The notes below the pieces were generated by a model. It was not told the DNA's origin and made no database searches. It saw nothing but the letters and a program-made list of their open reading frames with translations. From Candidatus Heimdallarchaeota archaeon (GTDB lineage Archaea > Asgardarchaeota > Heimdallarchaeia > Heimdallarchaeales > Kariarchaeaceae): 32,000 nt of DNA. A program made the translations under genes and the position numbers. This document shows, in pieces, positions 1 to 7,369 of this stretch (its first letter is position 1; every line of letters starts with the position of its first letter). The stretch lies in NCBI GenBank assembly GCA_030149205.1, contig JASBSB010000006.1, positions 480,001 through 512,000 on the forward strand, written 5' to 3'.

Positions 1-66
1 TGCTGCCATGGGAATATTTTGTGAAGTTGCACCATTTCTTGACGTATCAGTATTTTTCATGTTCAT
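1..66 (-). CDS. 5' end of a gene running off the window edge (MNMKNTDTSRNGATSQNIPMAA...), product unknown
   Basis: ATG at 66, 4 nt after the PadR stop; the frame stays open to position 1. Confidence 0.45.
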   Translation of the reverse strand, partial: MNMKNTDTSRNGATSQNIPMAA

Positions 67-70
67 GATA

Positions 71-442
71 TCACCTTAACATTGATTTGAAATCAGATTC
101 AAATGTTGACAATACTTGAACCAGATCATTCTGCATCTGTTTCATTAGATCCCAGCTTGATTCTGAGGGATATATTGTTTTTCTGACTCGATTGTTTTCG
201 ATTTCGTTTTTAATTTTTACAAATCCCTGTTCTTCAAGTCTATTTATCGCAGAATAGATGGTGGGGAGAGGAGGAGTGTACTCTCCCCAATGGTTATGTA
301 ACTGCTTATAAACAAAATAAGCATGTGGTTTTTCAGGTGAGAATGATGCAAGATACAATATTGCAAGCTCCACTAAAGCACCCCTTAGTCTTCCATTCCA
401 AGACGTGAGATAGGATTGCACCTGTTCATCATTCTCACCCAT
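71..442 (-). CDS. PadR-family winged-helix transcriptional regulator
   Basis: LRGALVELAILYL...HAYFVYKQL...PTIYSAINRLEEQGFV...RVRKTIY matches the PadR wHTH pattern. Confidence 0.85.
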   Translation of the reverse strand: MGENDEQVQSYLTSWNGRLRGALVELAILYLASFSPEKPHAYFVYKQLHNHWGEYTPPLPTIYSAINRLEEQGFVKIKNEIENNRVRKTIYPSESSWDLMKQMQNDLVQVLSTFESDFKSMLR

Positions 443-462
443 GAATCAATAATTATATTCAC

Positions 463-517
463 ATATTTAAATATTATATATATCATAATATACAAATGAG
501 CAATATATTATGATATA
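463..517 (-). promoter_or_regulatory. TATA box plus 14-bp inverted repeat (candidate operator) upstream of the PadR gene
   Basis: Palindromic ATATTTAAATAT at 463-474, about 25 nt from the ATG. TATATCATAATATA (479-492) and TATATTATGATATA (504-517) form a perfect inverted repeat with an 11-nt spacer. Confidence 0.5.
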
Positions 518-596
518 GCTAATTACTTTCTCTTTTAATTTATAGACTATTTGGCTAAACAACCTGGGCTGAACGGAGAAAATATCCGTAATTAGA

Positions 597-611
597 CAAA
601 ATATTTAAGTT
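597..611 (+). promoter_or_regulatory. BRE-TATA promoter element of tRNA-Pro
   Basis: CAAAATATTTAAGTT matches CAAAAnnTTTAAGTT, which is also found upstream of tRNA-Glu and tRNA-Val. A second TTTAAG lies at 641-646. Confidence 0.55.
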
Positions 612-703
612 CAAAGAGGATGGAAATGATTTAGCTGTCATTTAAGAATAACAGCAATAAATAACGGACGGGTAGTCTAGCTTGGTATGATGCTGGGTTT
701 GGG

Positions 704-717
704 TAACAAATCAAAAC
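704..717 (+). other. tRNA-Pro canonical 37/38 intron (14 nt)
   Basis: Central helix TTTG(698-701)/CAAA(712-715) with bulges GG^T and AC^A; only about 1 bp of intron-side helix. Confidence 0.88.
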
Positions 718-739
718 ACCCAGTGGTCGGGGGTTCGAA

Positions 740-769
740 ACAAAGAGAACTGGCTTCTTTTTGAGAAAT
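740..769 (+). other. tRNA-Pro non-canonical T-loop 59/60 intron (30 nt)
   Basis: Central helix TTCG/AGAA (3 WC pairs plus a G.A), bulges AA^A and AT^T, 9-bp intron stem CAAAGAGAA/TTCTTTTTG. Confidence 0.85.
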
Positions 770-787
770 TCCCTCTCCGTCCATAAA

Positions 788-798
788 TTTTCTTTTTT
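788..798 (+). terminator. T-rich archaeal terminator after tRNA-Pro
   Basis: TTTTCTTTTTT begins 5 nt after A73. Confidence 0.4.
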
Positions 799-814
799 AA
801 TATACCTTCTGAAT

Positions 815-994
815 TTAATACGATGTTGCTTCTACTTTTTGTTCGCTTGAATTAGGAACCCAAAGTTCATCTTTTAAAAGATCTCGAATTGCTACACGGA
901 TAGCTTCAGATCGTGTTGGATACTTCTGTTGTCTGACAAGTTCGTCAAGACCATAAAGAAATTCATTGGGCAAATACACTGTTACAAGTTTCAT
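815..994 (-). CDS. Ribbon-helix-helix (CopG/MetJ/Arc) regulator, CdrS-like
   Basis: MKLVTVYLP...LDELV...YPTRSEAIRVAIRDLL is a classic RHH. ATG at 994 is preferred over the ORF-track start at 1012. Confidence 0.85.
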   Translation of the reverse strand: MKLVTVYLPNEFLYGLDELVRQQKYPTRSEAIRVAIRDLLKDELWVPNSSEQKVEATSY

Positions 995-1069
995 AAAATA
1001 ACTCCTAAGCACTAAAAGTGGAATTAATTATTAAAGTTGGGGGAATACTAAAGTAATATTATGGTAATT

Positions 1070-1780
1070 TCACACATATTTTTGTACAAACGCAGCAATT
1101 GATTGATCATTATCATCTAAATATGTCCTTAGGATGTTTTTGACCTTTTCTGTATCACTGAAGAGGTTATTGTCTAAGATATATCCTAAGACCTTTACGA
1201 CCTGCATTTGAACTTTATCAACCTGATTTGTTCCCAAAACCTCCAATGTATGAATTGTTTGATCTATCTGATCTGGACTCAGGGCATTCTTGTTCTTAAG
1301 CCAATTCAAGGGATCTTTTCCAAACAGAGCTTCTTGAATGAAAGCAGTTGACCAGGATGCAACCACCCTCTGCTGTAGTTCAGGTGATTTCATTTCTTCA
1401 TCTGAGTAAACCTCCTCTGTAACCTCTTCAAGGCTTTCTGGGGCTTCAGATGGTTTTAAAACCTCAGAGTTTATATCAGTATCTCCTATGGTGTTAATTG
1501 ACCCCTGCTCTTTTCCTTCCTCAAGGAAGTCATCCATCCATACAGGTCGAACTGGGGCTTCAAAATCCACAGCATCACCTACCTGCCTATGAACGGTCGG
1601 AGTCCTGATTTTGACGGATTCATGACATTCCTCACAAAAGAAATAAACCATTGTTTGTCCATGTTCTGTAGTCTCCTTGTGCATCCATTTTACTTGTGGA
1701 GAACCACATTTGTCACAAGAATCAATTTCAACTTCATCCTCAAGTAATCTTCCAAACACATCATCAGACATTGTTTTCAT
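1070..1780 (-). CDS. Hypothetical protein with N-terminal zinc ribbon, acidic linker and helical C-terminal domain
   Basis: CDKC-x23-CEEC motif; 236-aa ORF; family not recognised. Confidence 0.7.
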   Translation of the reverse strand: MKTMSDDVFGRLLEDEVEIDSCDKCGSPQVKWMHKETTEHGQTMVYFFCEECHESVKIRTPTVHRQVGDAVDFEAPVRPVWMDDFLEEGKEQGSINTIGDTDINSEVLKPSEAPESLEEVTEEVYSDEEMKSPELQQRVVASWSTAFIQEALFGKDPLNWLKNKNALSPDQIDQTIHTLEVLGTNQVDKVQMQVVKVLGYILDNNLFSDTEKVKNILRTYLDDNDQSIAAFVQKYV

Positions 1781-1848
1781 AATAGCTGTTGCCTAAATGA
1801 ATAAAAAGGTAACACATTTCTACATCAATTTCGGATAATTTTCTTCCT

Positions 1849-2952
1849 TCATTCAACATTTGAAAAGTGAATCAAAAAGGGATTTAGAAAATACAAAATA
1901 CGGTTAATATACAGCCCTTCATGGTGGGGAGGACGATTGTTTATTTTTTGTAAATTCATGAGACCAACAATTTCAAGTGCCAAATATCTGTATCTAACAT
2001 TTTTCTGGGTCGCGGCTCCTACAATCGATCTTCTTTCGGAAGAGATTTCTGTGAGAGGAAACACCTTATCAATAATTGATTTTGTGAAGTTTCCCAAATT
2101 GTCCTTAGTTGAGAAACTTAACCAATCTAATAGGTAAATATTAGGAAATAAAATCATTAGAGGTTCATCAATTGGCCTTGAACCTCTGATATTTTTTTTG
2201 TAATGACACACCATTGCTGAATTCATGAACCTCTGATAGTATCCCCCAATAAGTCTCAAAAGCATCGATATCCCTCGAATTCCCTCAGATGCAACTATAT
2301 TTTCTTTTTGATCAGGTAAATTTTTTCCAAATGTCTCCTCAAAAAAATTCGAGACGACATTCTCAATATGAGCACCAGTGACCTCAATAAGTATATTATC
2401 GATTTTATAAAACCAAAAACCTAATATGAGAAGATCAGCCGTCCTCGCAACTAGGGAATCAGGGTCTTTCCCATAAAGTGCTTCAAAAATTTGTTCAAAT
2501 GTATCTGGTGATCGTAACTTCGATTTGTTTTCTGCATGAAGTGAAAGAAACTCATCATATCTATTCTCTAACATTTTCACCCTTTTTTGTAAACCTCTAT
2601 AAACACCAGATTTATATGATTCTGGGTTTTTAAACTTTGAAGAAGAGTACTCTTCCCTACGTATGGTCTCTTGAATGATTAAGTTTTTAGCTTCTTGAAT
2701 TGGAAATCTTGATTTTAGCTTCTGTTGGATAACATATCTTAAAAATTTCTCTGGATCATATCGTAAGAATGAATTTACACCCAGCTTGTCTCTTCCTCTT
2801 AAATGAGACTGAATGGATTTTGTGATGAGCGACCTGAAATTTGATTCTGGGGTTGAATCCGACCTATCAAAAAATTTGTACCAAATGTTAGGGTAATTAT
2901 CAAATTCAATTTCCGGAACCTTAAAAAAACTCAAGTCATCCTCATTGTTCAA
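1849..2952 (-). CDS. Hypothetical protein (367 aa, TTG start)
   Basis: Long ORF co-oriented with its neighbours; no motif recognised. Confidence 0.7.
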   Translation of the reverse strand: MNNEDDLSFFKVPEIEFDNYPNIWYKFFDRSDSTPESNFRSLITKSIQSHLRGRDKLGVNSFLRYDPEKFLRYVIQQKLKSRFPIQEAKNLIIQETIRREEYSSSKFKNPESYKSGVYRGLQKRVKMLENRYDEFLSLHAENKSKLRSPDTFEQIFEALYGKDPDSLVARTADLLILGFWFYKIDNILIEVTGAHIENVVSNFFEETFGKNLPDQKENIVASEGIRGISMLLRLIGGYYQRFMNSAMVCHYKKNIRGSRPIDEPLMILFPNIYLLDWLSFSTKDNLGNFTKSIIDKVFPLTEISSERRSIVGAATQKNVRYRYLALEIVGLMNLQKINNRPPHHEGLYINRILYFLNPFLIHFSNVE

Positions 2953-2967
2953 AAATTAAAACTCCCT

Positions 2968-3459
2968 TTAGGAAATATTTTTCATTCTTTCTGCCCGACG
3001 GATCTTTGCTTGATCGAACCGGTTTTTCTCCTCCGGTGTCTCCGGAATCAATGGAGGGACTGCCATAGGTTTGTTTTGTTTATCCAAAGCTACAAAAGTA
3101 AGATAAGCAGACCCAGTCTGATGTTGAGATCCTGTTGTTAAATTTTCCACATCCACTCTAACTCCTACCTCAAGAGATGTCCGACCAGTGTAATTCACGC
3201 TGGATTTTATAATTAGTAATTCACCCACATGAACTGGATTTAAGAAGCTCATTCTATCAATTGAAGCCGTAACAACCTTTGTTCTACAGTGCCTTAATGC
3301 GACTAACCCAGCTACATTGTCAATGAGATTCAAAATTGCACCCCCATTTATCGACCCTAATTCTAATGTTCCATCCTCACTCCAACTTGGGTTGCTTTGA
3401 CCTGGCATCATTAATTGATAGGTTGTAATTGCAGTTTCACTTGGTGTTTTCCCATCCAT
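2968..3459 (-). CDS. Acyl-CoA thioesterase, hotdog fold (YciA/CACH type)
   Basis: P..SN...G.I.GG.IL.LID.VAG.VA..HC...VVTASIDRMSFLNPV.VG; YLTFVALD..KP..VPPL.PET.EE..RF..A..RR. Confidence 0.92.
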   Translation of the reverse strand: MDGKTPSETAITTYQLMMPGQSNPSWSEDGTLELGSINGGAILNLIDNVAGLVALRHCRTKVVTASIDRMSFLNPVHVGELLIIKSSVNYTGRTSLEVGVRVDVENLTTGSQHQTGSAYLTFVALDKQNKPMAVPPLIPETPEEKNRFDQAKIRRAERMKNIS

Positions 3460-3571
3460 ATATTGTGATTTTAGCTCTCGTTAAAGAGTGATTCGATATA
3501 AAATAAGACAAGTAATCAAAAGAATTTTTATTTCTAATAAACTTTAAAATTCGGGCTTAAATCAGTTTATA

Positions 3572-4273
3572 ATGTCTGATCTAAGATCAAACTCAGAAAT
3601 TTTTGATGGGGTCCACTGGATAGGGGGAGGATTTGTGAATGGGTATGTCATAGAACAAAATGATCATTTGATCCTCATTGATACACTTTTCAATAAAGCT
3701 GCAAAACAGGTGATGAAATACATCAAGACAGAGTTATCAGATAAGCCAGTTACAGAGGTCTTTCTGACACATCACCACACTGACCACGTTAATGGTTTAC
3801 ATAAAATCTACGAGCGGTATGATCCAAAAATGTACACCTCCCATGAAGATTCAAAATACATCAATGGTTCAGAAAGGCGACCTCCACCAAACATCAAGGC
3901 TTTGTCATGGTTATTTCGAATCATAGACCCATTTATTACTGGGAAACCAGTCCAAAAACTAGATTTAGTTAAAGATAAAGACGTCATTCATGATATTGAG
4001 GTAAATTCTCTCCCAGGACACACCTTAGGATCTTTAGGGTTTAGAAAATCTCAAGCTTTGTTTTTAGGTGATGCTGCAGCAGTAAATAAGAAAGGTGAGC
4101 TAACTCTTCCTACAAAATTGTTTACTGAATCATTAGAACTCTGTAAGCAGTCATTAACCAAATTGAAAAATACTGAATTTTCAATGGTTCTACCTGGACA
4201 TGGGCCACCAATCCTTGAAGATGCAAAAATGAGGTTATCCGATTTACTTGAAAAGATATATAAGGAAATTTAA
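3572..4273 (+). CDS. Metallo-beta-lactamase-fold hydrolase
   Basis: LIDT, THHHTDH (HxHxDH), PGHT.GS, GDA and PGHG motifs. Confidence 0.9.
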   Translation: MSDLRSNSEIFDGVHWIGGGFVNGYVIEQNDHLILIDTLFNKAAKQVMKYIKTELSDKPVTEVFLTHHHTDHVNGLHKIYERYDPKMYTSHEDSKYINGSERRPPPNIKALSWLFRIIDPFITGKPVQKLDLVKDKDVIHDIEVNSLPGHTLGSLGFRKSQALFLGDAAAVNKKGELTLPTKLFTESLELCKQSLTKLKNTEFSMVLPGHGPPILEDAKMRLSDLLEKIYKEI

Positions 4274-4289
4274 AATGACCTAGCCGGGA

Positions 4290-4310
4290 ATTTCATCTCA
4301 GCATTGAGAA
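4290..4310 (-). other. tRNA-Glu non-canonical T-loop 59/60 intron (21 nt)
   Basis: Perfect BHB: central helix TTCA/TGAA, bulges AA^T and AT^T, intron stem TCTCA/TGAGA. Confidence 0.9.
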
Positions 4311-4331
4311 TTTGAACCCGGGTCGATGAGG

Positions 4332-4357
4332 TTCTCTATGATGTATAAAACACCATA
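4332..4357 (-). other. tRNA-Glu canonical 37/38 intron (26 nt)
   Basis: Central helix CTTT/AGAG, bulges CA^T and AA^C, 7-bp intron stem ATGGTGT/ACATCAT. Confidence 0.9.
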
Positions 4358-4444
4358 TGAAAGCCCATTAGGATTGACCGAACTACCCCACTAGGCCATT
4401 AGTCATTCTATTGAGAATAGACTTAATTTGAGCTTCTCAACAAG

Positions 4445-4555
4445 AACTTAAAGATTTTGAAGTGTTACACGAAATCTGACAAGTGACTTTTTGCTTAGTT
4501 CAAGCTCAGTAGATATTACACGAAGAAAAATGAAACACTTCAAAACGTTTAAGTT
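4445..4555. promoter_or_regulatory. Inverted 22-bp duplicated promoter element serving divergent tRNA-Glu and tRNA-Val
   Basis: Minus copy at 4445-4466 is AACACTTCAAAATCTTTAAGTT; plus copy at 4534-4555 is AACACTTCAAAACGTTTAAGTT (20/22 identical). Each contains a TTTAAG TATA box pointing at a tRNA. Confidence 0.65.
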
Positions 4556-4585
4556 AGTAAACATCTCAAACAAAATTAGCTAACT

Positions 4586-4658
4586 AGGCGAGTGGTCTAG
4601 GGGTTATGACGCCTCGCTTACACCGAGGAGATCGGGAGTTCGATTCTCCCCTCGCCTA
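4586..4658 (+). tRNA. tRNA-Val(UAC), intronless
   Basis: Acceptor stem AGGCGAG/CTCGCCT plus A73; anticodon arm CCTCG-CT-TAC-AC-CGAGG; T-arm GGGAG-TTCGATT-CTCCC. Confidence 0.95.
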
Positions 4659-4700
4659 TTCAAATTACAAAACTTTTTATTAATTTTAATTGACTTTTAA

Positions 4701-4970
4701 TTAATCGAGATCCTCATGGTGGGAATCGTAACTATCCTTATGACCTGATTCGTAATGCCCAGAATCGTGATGACCTGATTCATAATGATCCCCATCATGG
4801 TGGTTTGTGGAGAATGAATTTCCAATTCTATCCACACTAATGTGTGGCGAGAAGTCTGTGTTTTTCTGAATAGTCATCCCAACTGCGGAGATGAGGGACA
4901 GAGAGATTATTATCCCAAGGACATGAACATACTTCGAGTTACTTACCATATTAATGTAAGCTCTAACCAC
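4701..4970 (-). CDS. Small membrane-anchored or secreted His-rich protein
   Basis: Hydrophobic segment VHVLGIIISLSLISAVG followed by a His/Asp/Ser-rich repetitive tail. The start may be the ATG at 4949. Confidence 0.6.
   Translation of the reverse strand: MVRAYINMVSNSKYVHVLGIIISLSLISAVGMTIQKNTDFSPHISVDRIGNSFSTNHHDGDHYESGHHDSGHYESGHKDSYDSHHEDLD
4741..4800. repeat. Two imperfect 30-bp tandem units encoding H-[HYK]-[DE]-S-G type pentads
   Basis: TGACCTGATTCGTAATG at 4741 and TGACCTGATTCATAATG at 4771. Confidence 0.7.
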
Positions 4971-5001
4971 TTATAAAAATGTTACCTTTATCGAGGTAAC
5001 A

Positions 5002-6270
5002 TTATTTTCTTTTAATCAAATTTCTCGTGATAAACAAAAAGATCTCGTATGCAATCATTGATTTAAGCCCTTCCAGCTCTCGGATTTTGCCATCCTTCCG
5101 AATTAAAAGTACATGGTTAGTGTCAGATTCAAATCCAGCTCCTTCGATTGATAAGTCATTGGCAACTGCTAAATCTGCATTCACCTTTTTCATTTTCTCT
5201 TTTGCGCGAGTTATAAGTTCAGTTCGGCTCACACCCCATTCTGCCTTATATACTACTAGGATGGCATCTTCATTAACTTTTTTCACATGATCTGAGATTT
5301 TTTCTGTTGGTTGAAGTTTTAATGAAAGAGATTTATCACTTTTTATCTTTCCCTCTTCTCTTTTTAGTGGAGTGAAATCAGCTACTGCTGCTGATAGAAT
5401 CACTATTGTTTGAGTTGGTGTGGTTATCTGGTCTAGAAGCACATCTAACATCTCCTTTGCACTGACAACTCTCATAGGTTCAAGAATTCTAGGAATTGGA
5501 AGGTTTGTGGGGCCAAGGATTAACGAAACCTTTGCTCCTAGTAACATTGCCTCCAGAGCAAGAGCAACTGCTGTTTTACCGCTTGCTGGGTTTGTGACAA
5601 ACCGAACATTGTCAATGTACTCTCTCGTTGGTCCTCCAGTTATAACCACTTTCTTACCCGAAAGTAACTTGGGCGTTAACAAATTAACCACCTCAAATAC
5701 AACATCATCAATAGGAGGAACCTTTGCTTTACCTTCCTCATAAATTGGGTCGATGATATGAAACCCTCTTGAACGTAGTGTGTCAAGAGAAGTTTGTACT
5801 GCATCTGCATTGACCAGATCTTGATGAGCAACACACATAATTTGAATTGGAACCTTTGCTCCTTGGAGAGAGCTGGCAATTAAGGTCACAGGAGTATCAG
5901 CAATTCCAGAGGCAAGTTTTGCCACAGTGTTAGTTGTGGCTGGAAAAATAAGCATAAGATCAACAGGATTATTCATTACTCCAGAAAATGCTATGTGTTC
6001 CAAAGCACCAGTTATTCGAGTTATTGGCTCAACTCCTGTTGCCCACCACATGAGATCTTTGCCTACCATTGTTAGAGCTGCTTCAGTCATAACCGGAATA
6101 ACCCTAGCACCCCTCCTAATCAATTCTCTTGCTAATGCAGGTGCAAGATAAGAGGCAACACTCCCGGTTATGCCAAATACTATGGTTTTATCTTCCAACC
6201 GATTTGAGATTGAAGAAAGAATCCTTAAGCTTGGATGATTAAAATGGGAGATATAATATTCTCCAGCCAT
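5002..6270 (-). CDS. coaBC: Bifunctional phosphopantothenoylcysteine decarboxylase / phosphopantothenate-cysteine ligase
   Basis: GITGSVASY flavoprotein motif, PATTNTVAKLASGIADT, TGGPTREYIDNVRFVTNPASGKTA, SAAVADF, VAND. Confidence 0.95.
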   Translation of the reverse strand: MAGEYYISHFNHPSLRILSSISNRLEDKTIVFGITGSVASYLAPALARELIRRGARVIPVMTEAALTMVGKDLMWWATGVEPITRITGALEHIAFSGVMNNPVDLMLIFPATTNTVAKLASGIADTPVTLIASSLQGAKVPIQIMCVAHQDLVNADAVQTSLDTLRSRGFHIIDPIYEEGKAKVPPIDDVVFEVVNLLTPKLLSGKKVVITGGPTREYIDNVRFVTNPASGKTAVALALEAMLLGAKVSLILGPTNLPIPRILEPMRVVSAKEMLDVLLDQITTPTQTIVILSAAVADFTPLKREEGKIKSDKSLSLKLQPTEKISDHVKKVNEDAILVVYKAEWGVSRTELITRAKEKMKKVNADLAVANDLSIEGAGFESDTNHVLLIRKDGKIRELEGLKSMIAYEIFLFITRNLIKRK

Positions 6271-6417
6271 AAATTATTATACACTGGCAATTTAAGAATT
6301 TATGGCATTTTTTAGAAGTGAAATTGTAAATTTAATGAAAAATATTTAGATTGTAATTTGAATAGTTAGGATTATTGCAAAAAAGTATTTTTATAAATCA
6401 ATTAAAAATGAAGAATA

Positions 6418-7359
6418 GTGGATTCAGAAAATTCAATTGCTTTCGTAGTCAATCCCAACAGTGGTGGAGGTAGAACTGGAAAGAATTGGGATAAAATGTA
6501 TGCCAGGATTTTGAAACAATTGAGGGCCGATTCAGGATATCAATTAGCAGATGGTATTGGTGCAGGTTATAGAATCACACAGGATCTTATGTTAGAGGGC
6601 TACAATACAATTGTACCAGTTGGGGGAGAAGGAACAGTTAATGAGGTTGTCAATGCAGTAATGAATTATAAAAATTCAAAAGCTACAAAAGTAGGGTTCA
6701 TTGTGGCTGGTACTGTAAATGATTACCAGAGAGTTATGGGATGGCCCAAGACCTTGGAAGATCAAGTAAAGCTAATTGAAGAGGGTACAATCAGGACAAC
6801 ACATTTAACCAAAACAACAGCAGATGAGGTAAGATACGCATTAAATCTTGCGGGGACTGGAATTGGATCGAAAATGGCATACGAGGCCTCAGTGCTGAGG
6901 AAACTGTTATGGTTAAAAGGTTCTCTCCGTTATAATGTGATGGCAGTTAAACATATAATCAAATGGGCTAACTTACCCGTGTCAATCAAAGCAGATGATA
7001 GTCAGATAGAAGGAGATTTATCTCTATTTACTGCGGGTTTCTCAACCCAAGTTGGAGATTTTAAAACTCAACCACATGTTAATCCATTTGGTGATAAAAT
7101 GGGATATTTAATTGCGATGAATTTTTCCAAACTGACAATGATTAAAATGCTTAAAGTCATTAAACAGGGAAAACATCAGGGGTATGATGGGATCAACTTG
7201 GGCTATGCTAAGAAAATACAACTAGAGTTTGAAGAAACACCATATTTTGATGTAGATGGAGAGGTATTTAGCTATAACACGAGAAAAGTCAAAATCGAAC
7301 CAGTCTATGATGCTATTAATATTATCTCATCAAATGGTAAAATTCAGAACACACAATGA
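6418..7359 (+). CDS. Diacylglycerol/lipid kinase family protein (YegS/DgkB-like)
   Basis: VVNPNSGGG, VGGEGTVNEVVN, AGTVND, N.AG.G and DGE motifs; GTG start. Confidence 0.88.
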   Translation: MDSENSIAFVVNPNSGGGRTGKNWDKMYARILKQLRADSGYQLADGIGAGYRITQDLMLEGYNTIVPVGGEGTVNEVVNAVMNYKNSKATKVGFIVAGTVNDYQRVMGWPKTLEDQVKLIEEGTIRTTHLTKTTADEVRYALNLAGTGIGSKMAYEASVLRKLLWLKGSLRYNVMAVKHIIKWANLPVSIKADDSQIEGDLSLFTAGFSTQVGDFKTQPHVNPFGDKMGYLIAMNFSKLTMIKMLKVIKQGKHQGYDGINLGYAKKIQLEFEETPYFDVDGEVFSYNTRKVKIEPVYDAINIISSNGKIQNTQ

Positions 7360-7369
7360 CAAACTAAGT

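Larger units (their letters stand above)
666..783 (+). tRNA. tRNA-Pro(UGG) with two introns (37/38 and 59/60)
   Basis: Acceptor stem GGACGGG/TCCGTCC plus A73. Anticodon stem CTGGG/CCCAG with TGG at 700-702. T-stem GGGGG/CCCTC. A cloverleaf is restored by removing 704-717 and 740-769. No encoded CCA. Confidence 0.93.
4276..4397 (-). tRNA. tRNA-Glu(UUC) with two introns (37/38 and 59/60)
   Basis: Acceptor stem GGCCTAG/CTAGGTC plus A73. Anticodon stem ATGGG/CTCAT with TTC at 4361-4359. T-stem CCGGG/CCCGG. The mature form is 75 nt after removing 26-nt and 21-nt introns. Confidence 0.93.

Noticed and set aside
551-600. Possible H/ACA-like hairpin (CTAA/TTAG stem followed by ACA, inner ACGGA/TCCGT stem)
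   Set aside because: The basal stem is only 4 bp, there is no K-turn or K-loop, the pocket is asymmetric, and the ACA overlaps the tRNA promoter motif.
4429-4545. Interleaved inverted repeats suggesting a pseudoknotted ncRNA between tRNA-Glu and tRNA-Val
   Set aside because: The main repeat is better explained as two divergent promoter copies; the other stems are short and AT-rich.
4658-5002. Integrated element at the tRNA-Val 3' end
   Set aside because: No integrase and no duplicated tRNA 3' fragment in the window.
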